63,224 bases of DNA, filler included, from Folioceros fuciformis (GCA_049999805.1; 35 parts of 35 records of this genome joined end to end with filler, not necessarily neighbours in it); one strand, 5' to 3'; numbered from the whole stretch's first letter, positions 24,772 to 38,563 are shown. Numbers and translations: made by a program. Notes: generated by a model from the letters alone, not told the origin.

Positions 24772-27195
24772 NNNNNNNNNNNNNNNNNNNNNNNNNNNNN
24801 NNNNNNNNNNNNNNNTTAATTAATTAANNNNNNNNNNNNNNNNNNNNNNNNNNNNNNNNNNNNNNNNNNNNCACCGGACTGGACGCCCGTCTCATCGCCA
24901 AAGCCGAGGGCAAGTGACGAGTGGCTACCGTCACTTGTCCAAGATGTAGACGACGCGTGCTGTTTCAGTGGGCTGTGTGAGGGTCAAATGGCGGCGAACG
25001 AGAGCGGTCTGCAAAGCGGTCGACAGCGGGCAAGGGTAAGCTCCCAAAGCCTTTTCTCCGGGCAGATATTGTTAAACTAGCCATTCGCTAATCCAGCATC
25101 GGCACGGATGCATCCTTTCAGGATTCGGTGGGTGGGGACTACAGGCCACACAGGCATACTTACTCGGCATTGCAGCGCATACGGCGCGGACGTGGTTCGC
25201 ATGATGCAAGCTGCTGCTGCTGCTCAGGGGATCTACACAAGAGTACCAGAAATACAAAAATATATCATGGATTGAAATCAATATCACACGCCCATCACAC
25301 CACTGGGCATCGTGATGCGCATCGCTGACTCGCCGTGAAGTCTTCCAGGTGAGGTGGGTAAGGCATGATAGTGGCCGCCGCGCATGACAAGGCCGAGCAG
25401 GGCAGCCTCACAAATATATCAACACCTAGTGTATCCAATACCATGCATCATCACTTGCGACGGGCTATTGATAGCAGGCACTAGCGCAAGCCAATCTCTG
25501 TGACACACCAGCACCGCGCATCAAAACGTGGAAAAGCTGACCATCGCGTAGAATATTCGCCCACACACCAATGGGTACCTGTCATCATGTGAAGGGGAAA
25601 AAAGGGTTCAAGTGGGCCAGACCAGCCGTGATTTGCAAGCCCGCACCCAAGAAAAGGGACAACAGGCCGCTTTGCAGACCTCGTCACACCGACCAACCAG
25701 TGGGCGTCCGAGGGGGGGTGGAATGGGTAGGTGGATTTAGTGCGTGATGGCCGGTGATTGGCGACAGGGCTGGGCGCTTAGAGAGTAGAGGATTGCCGAA
25801 TCGGCGCTGGGGTGGCGGGACCAGGGCTCACTTGGTGCATGGATGCGATGCGGGCGGACCGTCGCTTTCCCGCTCTGCTGTGCCTCATGCGCACAGCCAA
25901 GAGGGAGTCCTGGTGCTTGGGACNNNNNNNNNNNNNNNNNNNNNNNNNNNNNNNNNNNNNNNNNNNNTTAATTAATTAANNNNNNNNNNNNNNNNNNNNN
26001 NNNNNNNNNNNNNNNNNNNNNNNCTAAACACATTAGTCTAAGCACATTGGGCTTTAATAACCCTACAAAGTGACCCTAGTGGCACACATAGTCTTAGACC
26101 CCGAGCACGATTTTAAACCCACACACGGTTCAACCCACCAGGCTAGTTGTATTGAGAGGTTATACCACGGTTTGTTAGTGGCGAAACTCAGCTTGCATAC
26201 AAGCGTGGCCATACAAGTACAAAAGATGGAAATGGGGCATGCCATGTCACATAGGACAATAGATGTCTAAAGCATTTTACTGCTTTTTGAGATTGAAATG
26301 CACCTTGATGTAGCGTGTCATAGAAGATGTGATGTGTTGTGTGATAGAAGTTTTTCTTTTTGGGTTTGGAGTTATGGTTTAGTGAAGAAAGATATGTGAA
26401 CTATGGGCTACCACCTCAGGGTTATAGGCATTGCTTTTAGACATCTAGGTTAGGAACTTGTTTTGCATAAAGGTAACCATAACAAATGATTGTCATCTTG
26501 TTTATGTGGACAAGATATGACTTTTTTTGAACTACTGGAATGGAAAGAGGAACCTAGGAATAAAAGTCTAACTGGAATGGAGGGAGGGACTTAGAATACA
26601 CAGTCTAAAGGGTTGCTACCCTGAAAATGTCTTGCTGAAAATCTTATGGTCTTATTACCAAAGCATCACATTGACATCACAAGCTCCTTTCCCATTAAGA
26701 CTTTCCATCACTTGCTGAGCATTTTGCACACCTACCACACTTTGTGCATATATATCATAAGTAGATTCGGTATATCATAAGTATTATTTCATGCTAATCT
26801 AATGGTGAGTATAGAGACCGTAGATATGTATGTAGAGATTGTGCTCGCTATTGGTAGGATTATATCCACCAAGGTGCCATTGGGTGCACGAACGGTGTAC
26901 ACTGCTACCGATTTCATGATGTGGTCGCCGTTGAGGGAGCATGATGTGGTCTTAATTGACGGTGCCATTGTTTATCGGGCACGTGAAAGTGGCGGTGTGA
27001 TTTGTATCGTAGCTTTTCTGCACGGTGGTCTGACTCAGTGGATGCATGATTTGAATGCTGACGCGAGCAATGGCTCAGCGGGGACGCCGTTACTGGGCTG
27101 GAAACGAAAAGAGGACGGGAAACGTTTATGCGTTTCCTGCTGTCCAGTCGTGAATCCCACCTGCTACTATACCGATGGAGTGTGTTTGTCATACA

Positions 27196-27380
27196 GGATG
27201 AGGTTCAGGAGCAAGGGGATGGAGTGTCTTCCCTATACCGGATGAGGGTCAGGAGCCAGAGGATGGTGTGCCTTCCCTGTACCGGATGAGGATCAGGAGC
27301 AAGAGGATGGAGTACCTTCCCTGTACCGGATGAGGATCAGGAGTAAGAGGATGGCGTATCTTCCCTATACCGGATGAGGA
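27196..27380. repeat. 44-bp minisatellite, four copies plus a partial
   Basis: GGATGAGG(T/G/A)TCAGGAG.AG.GGATGG.GT..CTTCCCT(A/G)TACC starting at 27196, 27240, 27284, 27328, partial at 27372. Confidence 0.9.
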
Positions 27381-28378
27381 GCAAGAACTCCTTCCAGTCC
27401 TCACTGGGATCGAGGGGCTGAAGATGCAGACTGCTCATGAATTTATGGGACATGTGCAACTACTACAAGTGTTGGGTGATTGCGATTCGCCCTCTATCTG
27501 CCATTACAGCATCCTCAGGACAGTCCCGGCTCACCCGCAGCACCAAGTAGTCCAACTATCTATCATGCGCTCATAGGATTACAACACGATCAAGGACACA
27601 TAAGAAAGGGTAGTCCAACCACACTCGCTCATAGGATTACATACAATATTTCAAGCCTTTTGTGTAAGCCAAGAAGACTACACTAATATTAGTACAGTCT
27701 TAGAATGCAGACATCAGGCCCATGTATAGGTAAGCCAGCAAGCATGGAAACCTTCAGCCTTAAAATCTATTATTTCTATCACTCGAAGGACAGCTATCGT
27801 GAGAGCAACCGCTTGGAGACATCGCATCGCATTTGCAGACATGCCTTGAAATCCACTTGCAGACATGCNNNNNNNNNNNNNNNNNNNNNNNNNNNNNNNN
27901 NNNNNNNNNNNNTTAATTAATTAANNNNNNNNNNNNNNNNNNNNNNNNNNNNNNNNNNNNNNNNNNNNCTATTATCCTCTAGTGTGCTATCAAATTTTTT
28001 TATAGAATAAAAATATTAAATTAAATATTTAGTTTTTTTAATTATCTAATTTAAAAAAAAATCTATACCCCATTTGAGTATTTTAGTGGATTTAGGTGAT
28101 ATGGATGTGGAGTATGGATAGGCACGTGTAAATGAAATCACACAAGTGGTGTGTGCAGAAAAAGGTGTTGTTATTCTTCTATTTCTTAGGTTTTATGTAA
28201 TTTAAGAAATTAAACTAGAGTATGGGAAGATTTACAACTTTTGCATCTTGTAGAATTGGAATTATGCAAAACCAGAACAATGTTTCACAATTGATGTTAT
28301 CCAAAGGGCATGCATTGTACTTGTATATGACAACTTATAACAAAATAGGCCCGATTTGGACGTTTGTTAACCAGGAAG

Positions 28379-29713
28379 ATGGGATTTGCAGCCGTTTTTT
28401 CTATGTCCTGCTATCCCGTACTAATTGTGTTACTAACATGTGGGGTAGGAGCTATCATAGCTTTACCGCAGGTGAATGCATTTGATAAAAATGCACGTAA
28501 AAGTTTGAACAAGCTGGTTTTTTTAGTTTTTACACCAGCTCTAGTTTTCACAAAGCTGGCTAATGCGCTCACCTTGGAAAATCTATTTAAGTGGTGGTAC
28601 ATTCCATTTAATGTGATGATATGTTTTGCAATTGGAGCGAGCCTAGGATACGCTGTTGTGATTCTTTCCAAGCCGCCTCAACACTTGAGTCGCCTCACTA
28701 TAGCATCTTGCGCGGCCGGGAATGCAGGAAACTTGCCATTAGTTCTTATTCCTACACTGTGTTCTGACAAACGGAGCCCTTTTGGAGCTGCTAATGCTTG
28801 TTCTGATCATGCGATTTCTTATGTTTCGTTTGGGATGTGCGTCGCCATTATATTGACATGGACAGTAGTTTACAACATGTTGAAGCCTGAGGAAAGCCTT
28901 CCTACTGAAGGTCAAGCAAACTTTGGAAACCTTGAATTACAAGAAGGAAGGTATGAAACAATAGTGGCTGAAGCTTCGACAACCGTCTCTGTGGCAGATT
29001 CTACCTTTCCAAACTCCACTGAATTGAAACTGGAAGCTTTAGATATCGGTACAACCCATCCGGTATTATTAACGACTCAATGGCAAGAGACTCCTCCTCT
29101 GCAGATGTCTTCCTTGCCGACACTCCCACTTCGTGTTAGCTCGACAGTGATGGGTTTATCGTCCTTGTCACTTGCTTCTTTGAGCAATTTGCCGCCACTT
29201 CCACATGACAAGATTTTGAAACGAATTTTCACACCCCCGACCACTGCTGCCTTGCTTGGGTTTATAGTGGGCTCCATCCCGCCTTTGAAAGATTTGTTTT
29301 TTGCAGGACCCTTTTCCATTCTCATATCTTGTGCTAACTTATTTGGAGATGCTATGATTCCCGCAATGAACCTCGTATTAGGCGGAAACTTGTCTGAAGG
29401 TGCTACAGATTCAGACCTACAGCCCATTACAATTGCAGGAATTTGTGTTGTCCGATTAGTTGTGTTGCCCATAATTGGTCTTTTTGTAGTTCAAATGGCT
29501 GCATCACTAGGATTTTTGCTTCCCGAGGATAAGATGTTCCATTTTGTCTTACTACTACAATTCAGTGTGCCTAGTGCTATCAACATTGGTACCATTGCAC
29601 AACTACATGGCTATGGAGAGAAAGAGTCCTCAATTGTGTTGTTTTGGGGATACATATTGTCTGTTATCTCATTGACAATATGGATATCTATATATCTTTG
29701 GCTATTATTTTGA
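28379..29713 (+). CDS. PILS: PIN-LIKES (PILS) auxin transport facilitator, single exon, 444 aa
   Basis: LNKLVFLVFTPALVF, WWYIPFN, AAGNAGNLPLVLIPTLC..SPFG, central hydrophilic loop, PPTTAALLGFIVGSIP, GDAMIPAMNLVLGGNL, FHFVLLLQFSVPSAINIGTIAQL. Likely ATG at 28379. Confidence 0.93.
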   Translation: MGFAAVFSMSCYPVLIVLLTCGVGAIIALPQVNAFDKNARKSLNKLVFLVFTPALVFTKLANALTLENLFKWWYIPFNVMICFAIGASLGYAVVILSKPPQHLSRLTIASCAAGNAGNLPLVLIPTLCSDKRSPFGAANACSDHAISYVSFGMCVAIILTWTVVYNMLKPEESLPTEGQANFGNLELQEGRYETIVAEASTTVSVADSTFPNSTELKLEALDIGTTHPVLLTTQWQETPPLQMSSLPTLPLRVSSTVMGLSSLSLASLSNLPPLPHDKILKRIFTPPTTAALLGFIVGSIPPLKDLFFAGPFSILISCANLFGDAMIPAMNLVLGGNLSEGATDSDLQPITIAGICVVRLVVLPIIGLFVVQMAASLGFLLPEDKMFHFVLLLQFSVPSAINIGTIAQLHGYGEKESSIVLFWGYILSVISLTIWISIYLWLLF

Positions 29714-31731
29714 AGTTGATGTAAGCTTGTTATGAGCTGCCATGAACTCTCATCAACACCATTGCTCATGATGAAGCTCGCTATCACATTACACATGAAG
29801 GTAACAATATGAAAATTTACTTTAGATTCTTATTTCTTTTGAGGCCCTCCATGTCTTGTCTTGATACAAGAATTAATCACATCATTTCTACGAATTAGGT
29901 ATAGTTCGTTGGACAGATTACAAGCATCATGTTTTACCCACAATTTCAAACATGGAACCTCTTATTGTAATTCTTTCTTGTGAACAAATCTCAAGTATGA
30001 GCATTTTACATTCTTGGATAAGCCTCTACCTTCTACATTACCAATAAGCTATCTGTGGGCTTGGGAAGCCTTAGATGACTTCAAAAGGAGACATGCCACT
30101 AAGCACCATGAAATCAAAGCCAAAAAAGCCTTACATCATAGGGCCAAGAACAACTATGGATAGATGCTCTTGGGTATTGTTTTGAATCTAAGTGGCTCAG
30201 TGATCCTAGAGAATGAACTTATGGTTAGAATGTCATTTCTCACATGAGTTACCTTAACACTACTAATAAGCCACACTGGGCCAAAAGATGTGCACTTCGG
30301 CCAAGTAGTATGTGCACTAAGTGATTCATAAACTATTGTAGATTTCCTATCTTTCACATAAGCAACTTCTCAAAAGAATGAATAAGATGAATAATTTAAG
30401 AAAAGTTTTGGAACAAGATTTAAGACAAGGAATGTAGATAATGTTTGGTAATGCTCATTGTAAAGCAGACCATAATTCTATTGTTATGATGTATAGCAGC
30501 CAGCCACGCTATTTAATGGTCAATAATGAAGTCCAAAGAAATAAAGCTGACCAAGTAGAAGTTTAGGTTGCATAATTGCAGCCTTTGGAGACACAGTAAT
30601 AAGACCNNNNNNNNNNNNNNNNNNNNNNNNNNNNNNNNNNNNNNNNNNNNTTAATTAATTAANNNNNNNNNNNNNNNNNNNNNNNNNNNNNNNNNNNNNN
30701 NNNNNNAATAAGTAACTTCTTGAAGAAACTATTCCTACAAAAACATAACAATGTTAGAATAAATAAACTAGTTTAAAGTATACCTCTTCCTTTCTCCCAA
30801 GGCCAAGCTTGATTTTTTCCATAACTGAGTTAGATTTGCCTTTTCATTTGCCATGCAATTTGTAAAGGAGAACAGTTTCACTTTCATCAATGTTGAGCTA
30901 CAATTTCTTGCAAGATATCAAAACAAGGATTATACTAAAGAGTTAACTTAATATAAGATACTTAAGTATCTCATTTACCCATGTATTAGATTATCAAGAC
31001 TTCTTGCAAGATTCAATCCTTAGTAGCAAGGACTGAAACCTTAGTAGCTTCCTAATGAAGTGACTAAGGTGTCTAGAGCTCATTTTACTGAATATTTAAA
31101 ATTATCTAAAAAAACATATAATATATGTAAATTACAAGATATATACATAAAGCTTGTTCAATGAATAGCCCTCATGCTTGTGGAAAAGAAATTGTATTTT
31201 TTTTTGTACAAAGTATTCTTATTTTTAACTTACTTCATGTAATTATATAAACTTATGCCAACTCTTCAAGAAGAAATTCTCTAAGCATTTTATCCTAATG
31301 AAATGAAGTTGTACCAGATTTTGTGAAGGATGTGGCTTGATGAAATGATTCAATCTATTGTGTAGAACAGACAAAACAATTAATCTGAAAAGAGAAATAA
31401 CGGAATTTGTTACTTTGCTAGAACATGTAATGTGGTGCCACGGAACGCCCTTGAGTCGTGAAGTGAATTCGTCAGAGACGACAGTTGTAGAAAATAAGCT
31501 TGAAAGTCTGATGAAAAGTGTGATGCCAATCACAATCGCGGAAAATGAGCATTGATCATGTATGTATCGTGGCAGTTCAATTCGAGATTTTACGACTCTC
31601 TGTGGCTTTTACAAATCTCTGAGACGGCGTGACTGCAGGGCCCTAGACCGGCCGAAGCAGCTGAACGAGGATGGTCAGAGAAACCCGGACGATGGGTGGA
31701 GCCCGGTGAGCTGCGGTGCGTGTGAGGAGCT

Positions 31732-31973
31732 ATGGTTCCTCTTACTGCCGCCATGGATGCGGCCGTGCTTCCGACTCCAAGCGCGTCGTCTCCTGCATGG
31801 TCCCGATTGCAGTGCCCTTGCTCCCGCCTCTCATTCTCGCATGCCTTCCTCTCGGACCCGGTGTCGGGGTTCTCGTCCAGGTTGCAGCTGCATTTGACAC
31901 GGCACGGGGTCCTGAGGGCCAAGCAGCGGCAGAGGGGAGCAGGGTCGACTGTCCTGGCCCTGGGGACGTTTCC
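31732..31973 (+). CDS. Possible first exon encoding a plastid transit peptide, truncated; product unknown
   Basis: Ser/Ala/Arg-rich, acid-poor 80 aa (MVPLTAAMDAAVLPTPSASSPAWSRL...) at a GC-rich contig end. Confidence 0.3.
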
Positions 31974-32646
31974 NNNNNNNNNNNNNNNNNNNNNNNNNNN
32001 NNNNNNNNNNNNNNNNNTTAATTAATTAANNNNNNNNNNNNNNNNNNNNNNNNNNNNNNNNNNNNNNNNNNNNGCCTTGTGCCTTGTGCTGAATCAAGCA
32101 TTGAAACCCCCTCGATTGCTAGCCCATATTGGTAGTAAAGAAGGGGAGACTATCCATAGAATGAATAGACAAAAGGAATGAGGCTCGCCAACTACCCTCC
32201 AATGCCCAAAAGCTGATTAAAGATAGCCACCCTAGATATTATGTTGAAGACATTTTGTAGGTCCACTTGCACAACAATCCAGTCTGGGTGAGACTCAAGA
32301 ACTGTTAAAACCTCAAATGCGACCAATTCACAACCTCTTGGAGTCACAACCCCAAATTGGTGAGGATTGAGATAAGATTGGAAATGATCTCATAGCTAAT
32401 TAATGGACTTAAGGTAATAGAGGTTGGTATAAACATAAATATATTTCATCTTATACTATTGCCTTATATTGTTGCAATGCAATGGAAGACTAAGAAGAGA
32501 AGTTCCTCATATCTTCAGAGTAGATACGACTTTTCCCTCTCTTTTTCAACAATAGAAAATAACCACTAGAGTTAGAAGAGACTTTACTTGTTTTTAGAGC
32601 TACATATGTAGCACAATAAATGATTTTCTTTCATATGATAAATTGG

Positions 32647-33870
32647 TGGTCTTAAGGCCTTGTTTAAGCAATTTCATAGATAATGTTGATGAAGGAATGA
32701 CTAGAAGAGAGTACTTTATTCTAGATCAAGAGGAGAAAAGGACCCCATAGAAGGTTGTCTTAAGACCTTGTTTAAGCAATTTCATAGATAATATTGATAA
32801 AGGAATGAGTAGAAGAGAGTACTTTATTTTAGATCAAGAGGAGAAAAAGACCCATAAAAAGTTGAAAGCCAAGAAAGGGCTAATTCTTGTGAATACCACT
32901 TCCATTAGTATCCATAGCTCCAAAAATGTCATGATTGGAGATAGTAAAGGGTCTACCTTAAGTTGGAGTGGATAATCCTATTATACCTTCATTAATAGTC
33001 AACTTGTACCATGATTGGAGATAGTAAAGGGTCTATCTTAAGTTGGAGTGGACAATCCTGTTATACCTTCATTAATAGTCAACTTTTACCATTCATAAAG
33101 CAATGGAAACACCTTGCCAAAAGAAAACTCTCTTTCAAGAAGGGGGGAGGAATTCAATCTTATGACTATGATAACCATTTGCACAACGCTAATAAGTCTT
33201 GAGAAATCCTTACCATAGCCACGTAGGCCTCAAAAGACAAGAAATTATAAAAGCGTGACTATCTTGCATAAGAGAATATTTATGAACGTTGCTTATCGCA
33301 TATCCCTAAGCCACCCAACCTAAAGAGTTGATGATATGATATGCTCATAGAAAGAGTTCATAATCAAATCTTTGACCACTACATTTGCAATACAAATCTA
33401 CTCTAGAGCCCTTTGAAAAATTAGGGTGAACTCTAGAAAAACTCATTGAGAACATACCATCACAAACAGTATTATGCGTGGCAATTGAGAACATACCATC
33501 ACAAACAGTATTATGCGTGGCAATACACTGCTCTCGAACAAGTCAACGTGCTAATAGTGATGATAACCCTACAAATGTAGATAGAGAGAAATCCAACTAA
33601 TGGGCCAAGCTAAATGAAATCTCATCGTGGCAAGAAAGTTATTAGTGCAATTTGAAAGATGTTGGTACAGCTTATTGATTACTTGATTAAAGATTTTTCT
33701 TTAATTAATTTTTTTATGTTTAAATTCATTAAATATTTCAATTTCATAATAAAAATCCATACTTATTTAACTTCAACAAAATTCTTTATCATCATTTAGC
33801 AACCATATCTCACTTATTAAGAATGCTAATTCATTTAGTAACCATATCTCACTTATTAATAATGCTAGTT
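32647..33870. repeat. Cluster of two-copy tandem duplications in AT-rich, probably TE-derived DNA
   Basis: About 108-bp pair (32647/32755), 80-bp pair (32930/33010) and two 39-bp pairs (33445/33484 and 33792/33831). Confidence 0.8.
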
Positions 33871-35053
33871 ATTTTGTACTAAGGTTTATTAGGAGTCACC
33901 TACAAAAATGTTTCTCAATGTTAGGTATATCATTATGTAAGATGAATTTATACTTAAGTATGGGCAGAGCTCGATACTTTCAGTACTTGGGTGAATAGTC
34001 TAGCTTCCTAGCCTTATTTCCTAGATACTCTTGTACNNNNNNNNNNNNNNNNNNNNNNNNNNNNNNNNNNNNNNNNNNNNTTAATTAATTAANNNNNNNN
34101 NNNNNNNNNNNNNNNNNNNNNNNNNNNNNNNNNNNNCAAAGGAATAGAATCGAAGGTTCTATTAGAGAGAAATGCTTCTTCTAAAATTTCAAAATTGAGG
34201 TTTTGGGTTGTAGTTTCTCAAAGCTAATAGCATTTCTTATTTAGGTGATAGTTGCTTAAAATTCTTAAGCTTTATTTCTTATAAGTAGGGCTAGTCTTAA
34301 GTCAATAGTGGTTCGAAGTACTACAAACCTTGTTTGCATATTATTGTCTCTTGTTCGAGGACAAATATTTCTTTGAAGTTAGGAACACGACTTCAACATC
34401 AACATATTCCACTCAGGTAAGGTTCTAGGTGTCAACAATGACTAGGATGGCAAACTCTAAAACTAAAAAGAAATCTTCACTAAAAATGAAATTGATGAGA
34501 TTTTTCTGTTTAGTAAAGCATGAAGGTGTGGGAGATGATCATGATGTGGCATGAATTTGTGATGAAAAAATCGTTTGTGATGGAGGAGCAGCTTGTGATG
34601 CAAGTCGAGTTAATGATGCAAAAGGAGCTAATAATGCAAGAGGAGCTTGTCATGGAAGTGAAGTCGATAATGTAAAACAAGATTGTAATAGAAGATCTAA
34701 TGGTTTTCAAGCAAACGTGAATCTAGTATTCTCTACGCTTGAATGCGAAGAGAAAACACATGCATTTGATATGGAACATATTGGAAAAAGGCTAGATGGT
34801 ATAGAAGAAAGCAACATACAAAAGTTATCTTTCGAGCCTTTGAAAAAAAGAGTTACTTTCTCACCTAGAGACGACCAGACATGGATACCAAGTCTTGAAC
34901 CATTGCCTCCATTAGGCTATCGCATACCTCCTAGGGCTAGACCGAAAGGAAGTGTAATGAAAAAAAATGTTCCTTCTATGGATGTGGAACCTCAACGACT
35001 AGAAGATGTCGAGCCGAATAAGTGTGCTACTAGTGCAATCTCTTGCCCCCCAC

Positions 35054-35230
35054 TACTAGAAGATGTTGAGTCACGCAAAGGTCTACTACTATAAGATGTT
35101 GAGCCCTAGGAAGATATACTACTAGAAGATGTTGAGTCACGCAAAGATCTACTACTAGAAGATGTTGAGCTAAAACATTTACTAGAAGATGTTCTACTAG
35201 AAGATATTGAGCTAAACTAAGATGTTGAAC
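35054..35230. repeat. Imperfect tandem repeat of CTACTAGAAGATGTTGAG in a decayed retroelement-like region
   Basis: At least six copies of ctagaagatgtt/ctataagatgtt. Confidence 0.7.
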
Positions 35231-35694
35231 CAAGCCAGTGTGTTATTAGTACCATCGCTTGTGCCCCCCCTAATGATCCTTTGATTCCAAGGTAGTAGCA
35301 CCCAAGTTATTGCCAAGGCCTATCTCCTTTTAAAAGCTGAGAAAATGGAAGATAGGATCTAAACCCTCCTTCCCTTAATTCTAAGAGTTCGAGTTCCATC
35401 TAAACTCAAACTCTTGGAGTTGTCTGGTTATTGTAAGTTAGTTGTTCATGAGTATAATAATATAGTAATCATGCTATCCAATTTTATTTGTACTAGATGA
35501 ATATTAAAATTATGCTTCTTTTACCAAAAATTATGCAAATGTTATGCTTCTTTTACAAAAAAAAACTAGAATGAAACTTGCAAAATTCCTAATANNNNNN
35601 NNNNNNNNNNNNNNNNNNNNNNNNNNNNNNNNNNNNNNTTAATTAATTAANNNNNNNNNNNNNNNNNNNNNNNNNNNNNNNNNNNNNNNNNNNN

Positions 35695-36260
35695 CCTATC
35701 ATGTGTGCACCTTCCAAATCCAACCGAATCCAGCTGATGCCCAGCTGTTGCAGGTTGGGGCACACGGTGGCCTGAAGCAGCTTCGCTGCCTGCAAAACCC
35801 CGCCCTCACCTCCTGCTGCACCGCCATCACCACCTCCCAGCTCGTTCTCTGACAGATTCAGCGAGCGGAGAGGGCGGTGGGGATTCGCCTCCAGCCCCCG
35901 CACCAACTGACACAGCCCGTCTGGCTTCAGGCCTTACCCTCCAACGCCAAATAGCGGATGCTGGGACTGGAGCGGAGGAAGCCCCCAAGGGCAGCACATC
36001 CAGCTTCACTCCCCACCACAGCGCTGCGACCCATCTTGAGGGGGGGGCTGGCACTAGTTGAAGAGTCTTGAGCCAGATTTCAACCAGTTGGCCAGTGACA
36101 GCCAGTAGTCCACTTGTCCTTCTTCAGGCTAAAGGGGAACGGGAAGGGGTATCGGTACTGGGGGGATCCGGAGGAAGGGTTTGCCGCCTCAGCTCCAGCC
36201 CTAGCCTGATGCATTCAACGCTGAGGAATCAAAGCCTCCTTCAAGTTGAAACTCGAGGGT
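35695..36260 (-). pseudogene. Degenerate leucine-rich repeat (RNI-like) gene fragment
   Basis: LRSLNLSENELG and NLQQLGISWIRLDLEGA. Upstream RRL*FLSVECIRLGLE is a similar repeat but is broken by stops and a frame change. Confidence 0.4.
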
Positions 36261-38365
36261 CAAACATTCGACATTCCGAGAGCCGTTGCAGAGGACGGGA
36301 TTGGGTGCATCGTCTCCGGAGTAAATTCGAAACCACAGGTCTTTCGAGCGAGCTCATTCGTCATAGCAGCAACTCGCTCGTCTCGTCTCCATTTGCACGT
36401 GCACCCGGCTTATCCATACCAGCTGATGATTTGGTGATCGTGGACTCCGTAGCGCCTTCTACCGTCGCACACACTGCCGTACTTTGTTCTTTGTCCTGCA
36501 AGGCCCGTCTCATGAATTCCTGCTTGTCAACAATGAACGTTCGGACATTCCAGCCTCAGGTTTAGACCCGAAGAACGTCTGAGAAGCCTGGATATTTCAT
36601 AAAGTGTCCCCATTAGCCTGGACGACGAATTACTGGACTTCAGGGAGAGAAAATACAGCCCACAAAACGAGCATCGGGGTCCTTGTGGAGGGAGACAGGC
36701 ATCTGTTTCGGATTGCGCACCCGGCGCCACTTGTCTCCTCCCTCCGTGGAGTGGCTGCATCGGGCTGCCGCTGGCTATAAAACTCACCTCCATTCTAAAT
36801 CTATCACAGCAGTCGTTCCTGGAGCCAGAGGGGCGGCCTACCGGATAGACACACTCCTCCGACGATACACGGTACTCCATGCAACTGCGACATTCCCATC
36901 CCGCTTTCGATGTTTCAAGTTTGAACGTAGGGATGAGTGGTGTCGCAAGCTTGACGTGTGATACCGAGGTCGGTGTGTAAACTGCAGTTCCTTGGTCGAT
37001 GTACTNNNNNNNNNNNNNNNNNNNNNNNNNNNNNNNNNNNNNNNNNNNNTTAATTAATTAANNNNNNNNNNNNNNNNNNNNNNNNNNNNNNNNNNNNNNN
37101 NNNNNCCCTAATAATGTTAATCCAACTCCCTAATAGTGTTGATCCAGCCAAAGGGAGCCTTTGTTCGTCTCCTTTCCTTCTTAGGTGACCTAGGCCTCTC
37201 TCATTTATTTATCAATCTTCTAAGAATTAATAACTTCATAATAAATAATTTTTTTAAGGGCTTGAAAACGGGTTTCAAAAGTGTTTGTATGGTATAATTA
37301 TTGTGCACCATTTCAATGTCATGAGAAAAAAGGTTTTTCTTATCTTATTTCATCACATATTATTAATACCATATCAATGTATATTACCTCAAAAGCTCAT
37401 ACATGGAATTTGAGGTATATATACATCTCCGTATAATATCCTAGCTAATAGAGCCAACATTAGGAAACTAGTTTTGCCCTATCTCTTAAGTTGTTTTTTT
37501 TCCTTAGATACCATTCAAAAGTAGCAATTTATTTATTCTAGAAAATCAAGATGGAAAAACCCTCTAGGGAGATAAACTATAATCTATGATAGGGAAACTA
37601 GGGGCTAACCCCTTGAAGCCTAATGACTACCCATAGCACCTAAAACATCATGGTCCAGAAGGAGAAAGGATCTATCGACCATTGGAATTGTTGATGCCGC
37701 CTCAGTTGCCAACATTGTTCATCTTATATATGGTATTAGCCAACACTCGCTATAGAGCAATGTAAACCCTTTGCTATAGAGCAATGGAAACCCTTTGTTG
37801 AAAAAAATACTACAATATATAAAAGAGGAAGACCAAGTCCATTTTTCTTGTTGTGAACCGCCTCTGCAAACTCTAGCTTTACTCTAGCTTTGCTCTATAC
37901 TAGCCATGGGCATATGTCTCTATATTAGCCTACATACGTACATAAGTAGTGAACTTGTAATTACTTAGTAGGCATGCATTGTACCTATACCCACCTCATG
38001 CCCATACCTATGCCCTACCACACTTTGCACTCCATGATAACATAGCAAAATAACTCACACCCCCTATGCCCTAACACTCCTTACACCAATGCCCTAGCAC
38101 TCCTTACACCACTCCTGCTCACACTCCATCGTTGCACACCAATACCCACACCCCATCACCACCCTTGTACACCCACCTACTCCACCACATCAGCGCTCTA
38201 CCACACCACCTACTCCACCAAGTCACCGCTCTATCACACCACCTACTCCACCACGCTACTACTCCNNNNNNNNNNNNNNNNNNNNNNNNNNNNNNNNNNN
38301 NNNNNNNNNTTAATTAATTAANNNNNNNNNNNNNNNNNNNNNNNNNNNNNNNNNNNNNNNNNNNN

Positions 38366-38563
38366 CCGTGATCCATTACTGTCACCGCTCCCACTCATCA
38401 CCCGTTTAGGGAGAAAGCGACCATCACAAGTCCGTGATCCATTACTGTCACCGCTCCCACTCATCACCCGTTTAGGGAGAAAGCGACCATCACAAGTCCG
38501 TGATCCATTACTGTCACCTCTCCCACTCATCACCCGTTTAGGGAGAAAGCGACCATCACAAGT
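38366..38563. repeat. 66-bp tandem repeat, three near-identical copies at contig edge, one TTTAGGG per unit
   Basis: CCGTGATCCATTACTGTCACCGCTCCCACTCATCACCCGTTTAGGGAGAAAGCGACCATCACAAGT at 38366, 38432 and 38498; one substitution in the third copy. Confidence 0.95.

Noticed and set aside
27196-27380. 44-bp repeats as a CRISPR array (also the 66-bp and 64-bp arrays)
   Set aside because: Units are head-to-tail with no unique spacers, there are no cas genes, and the context is eukaryotic.
36060-36660. Repeated in-frame TGA stops on the minus strand as recoding or RNA editing
   Set aside because: TAA stops and frame changes also occur and the context is nuclear, so pseudogene decay is the simpler explanation.
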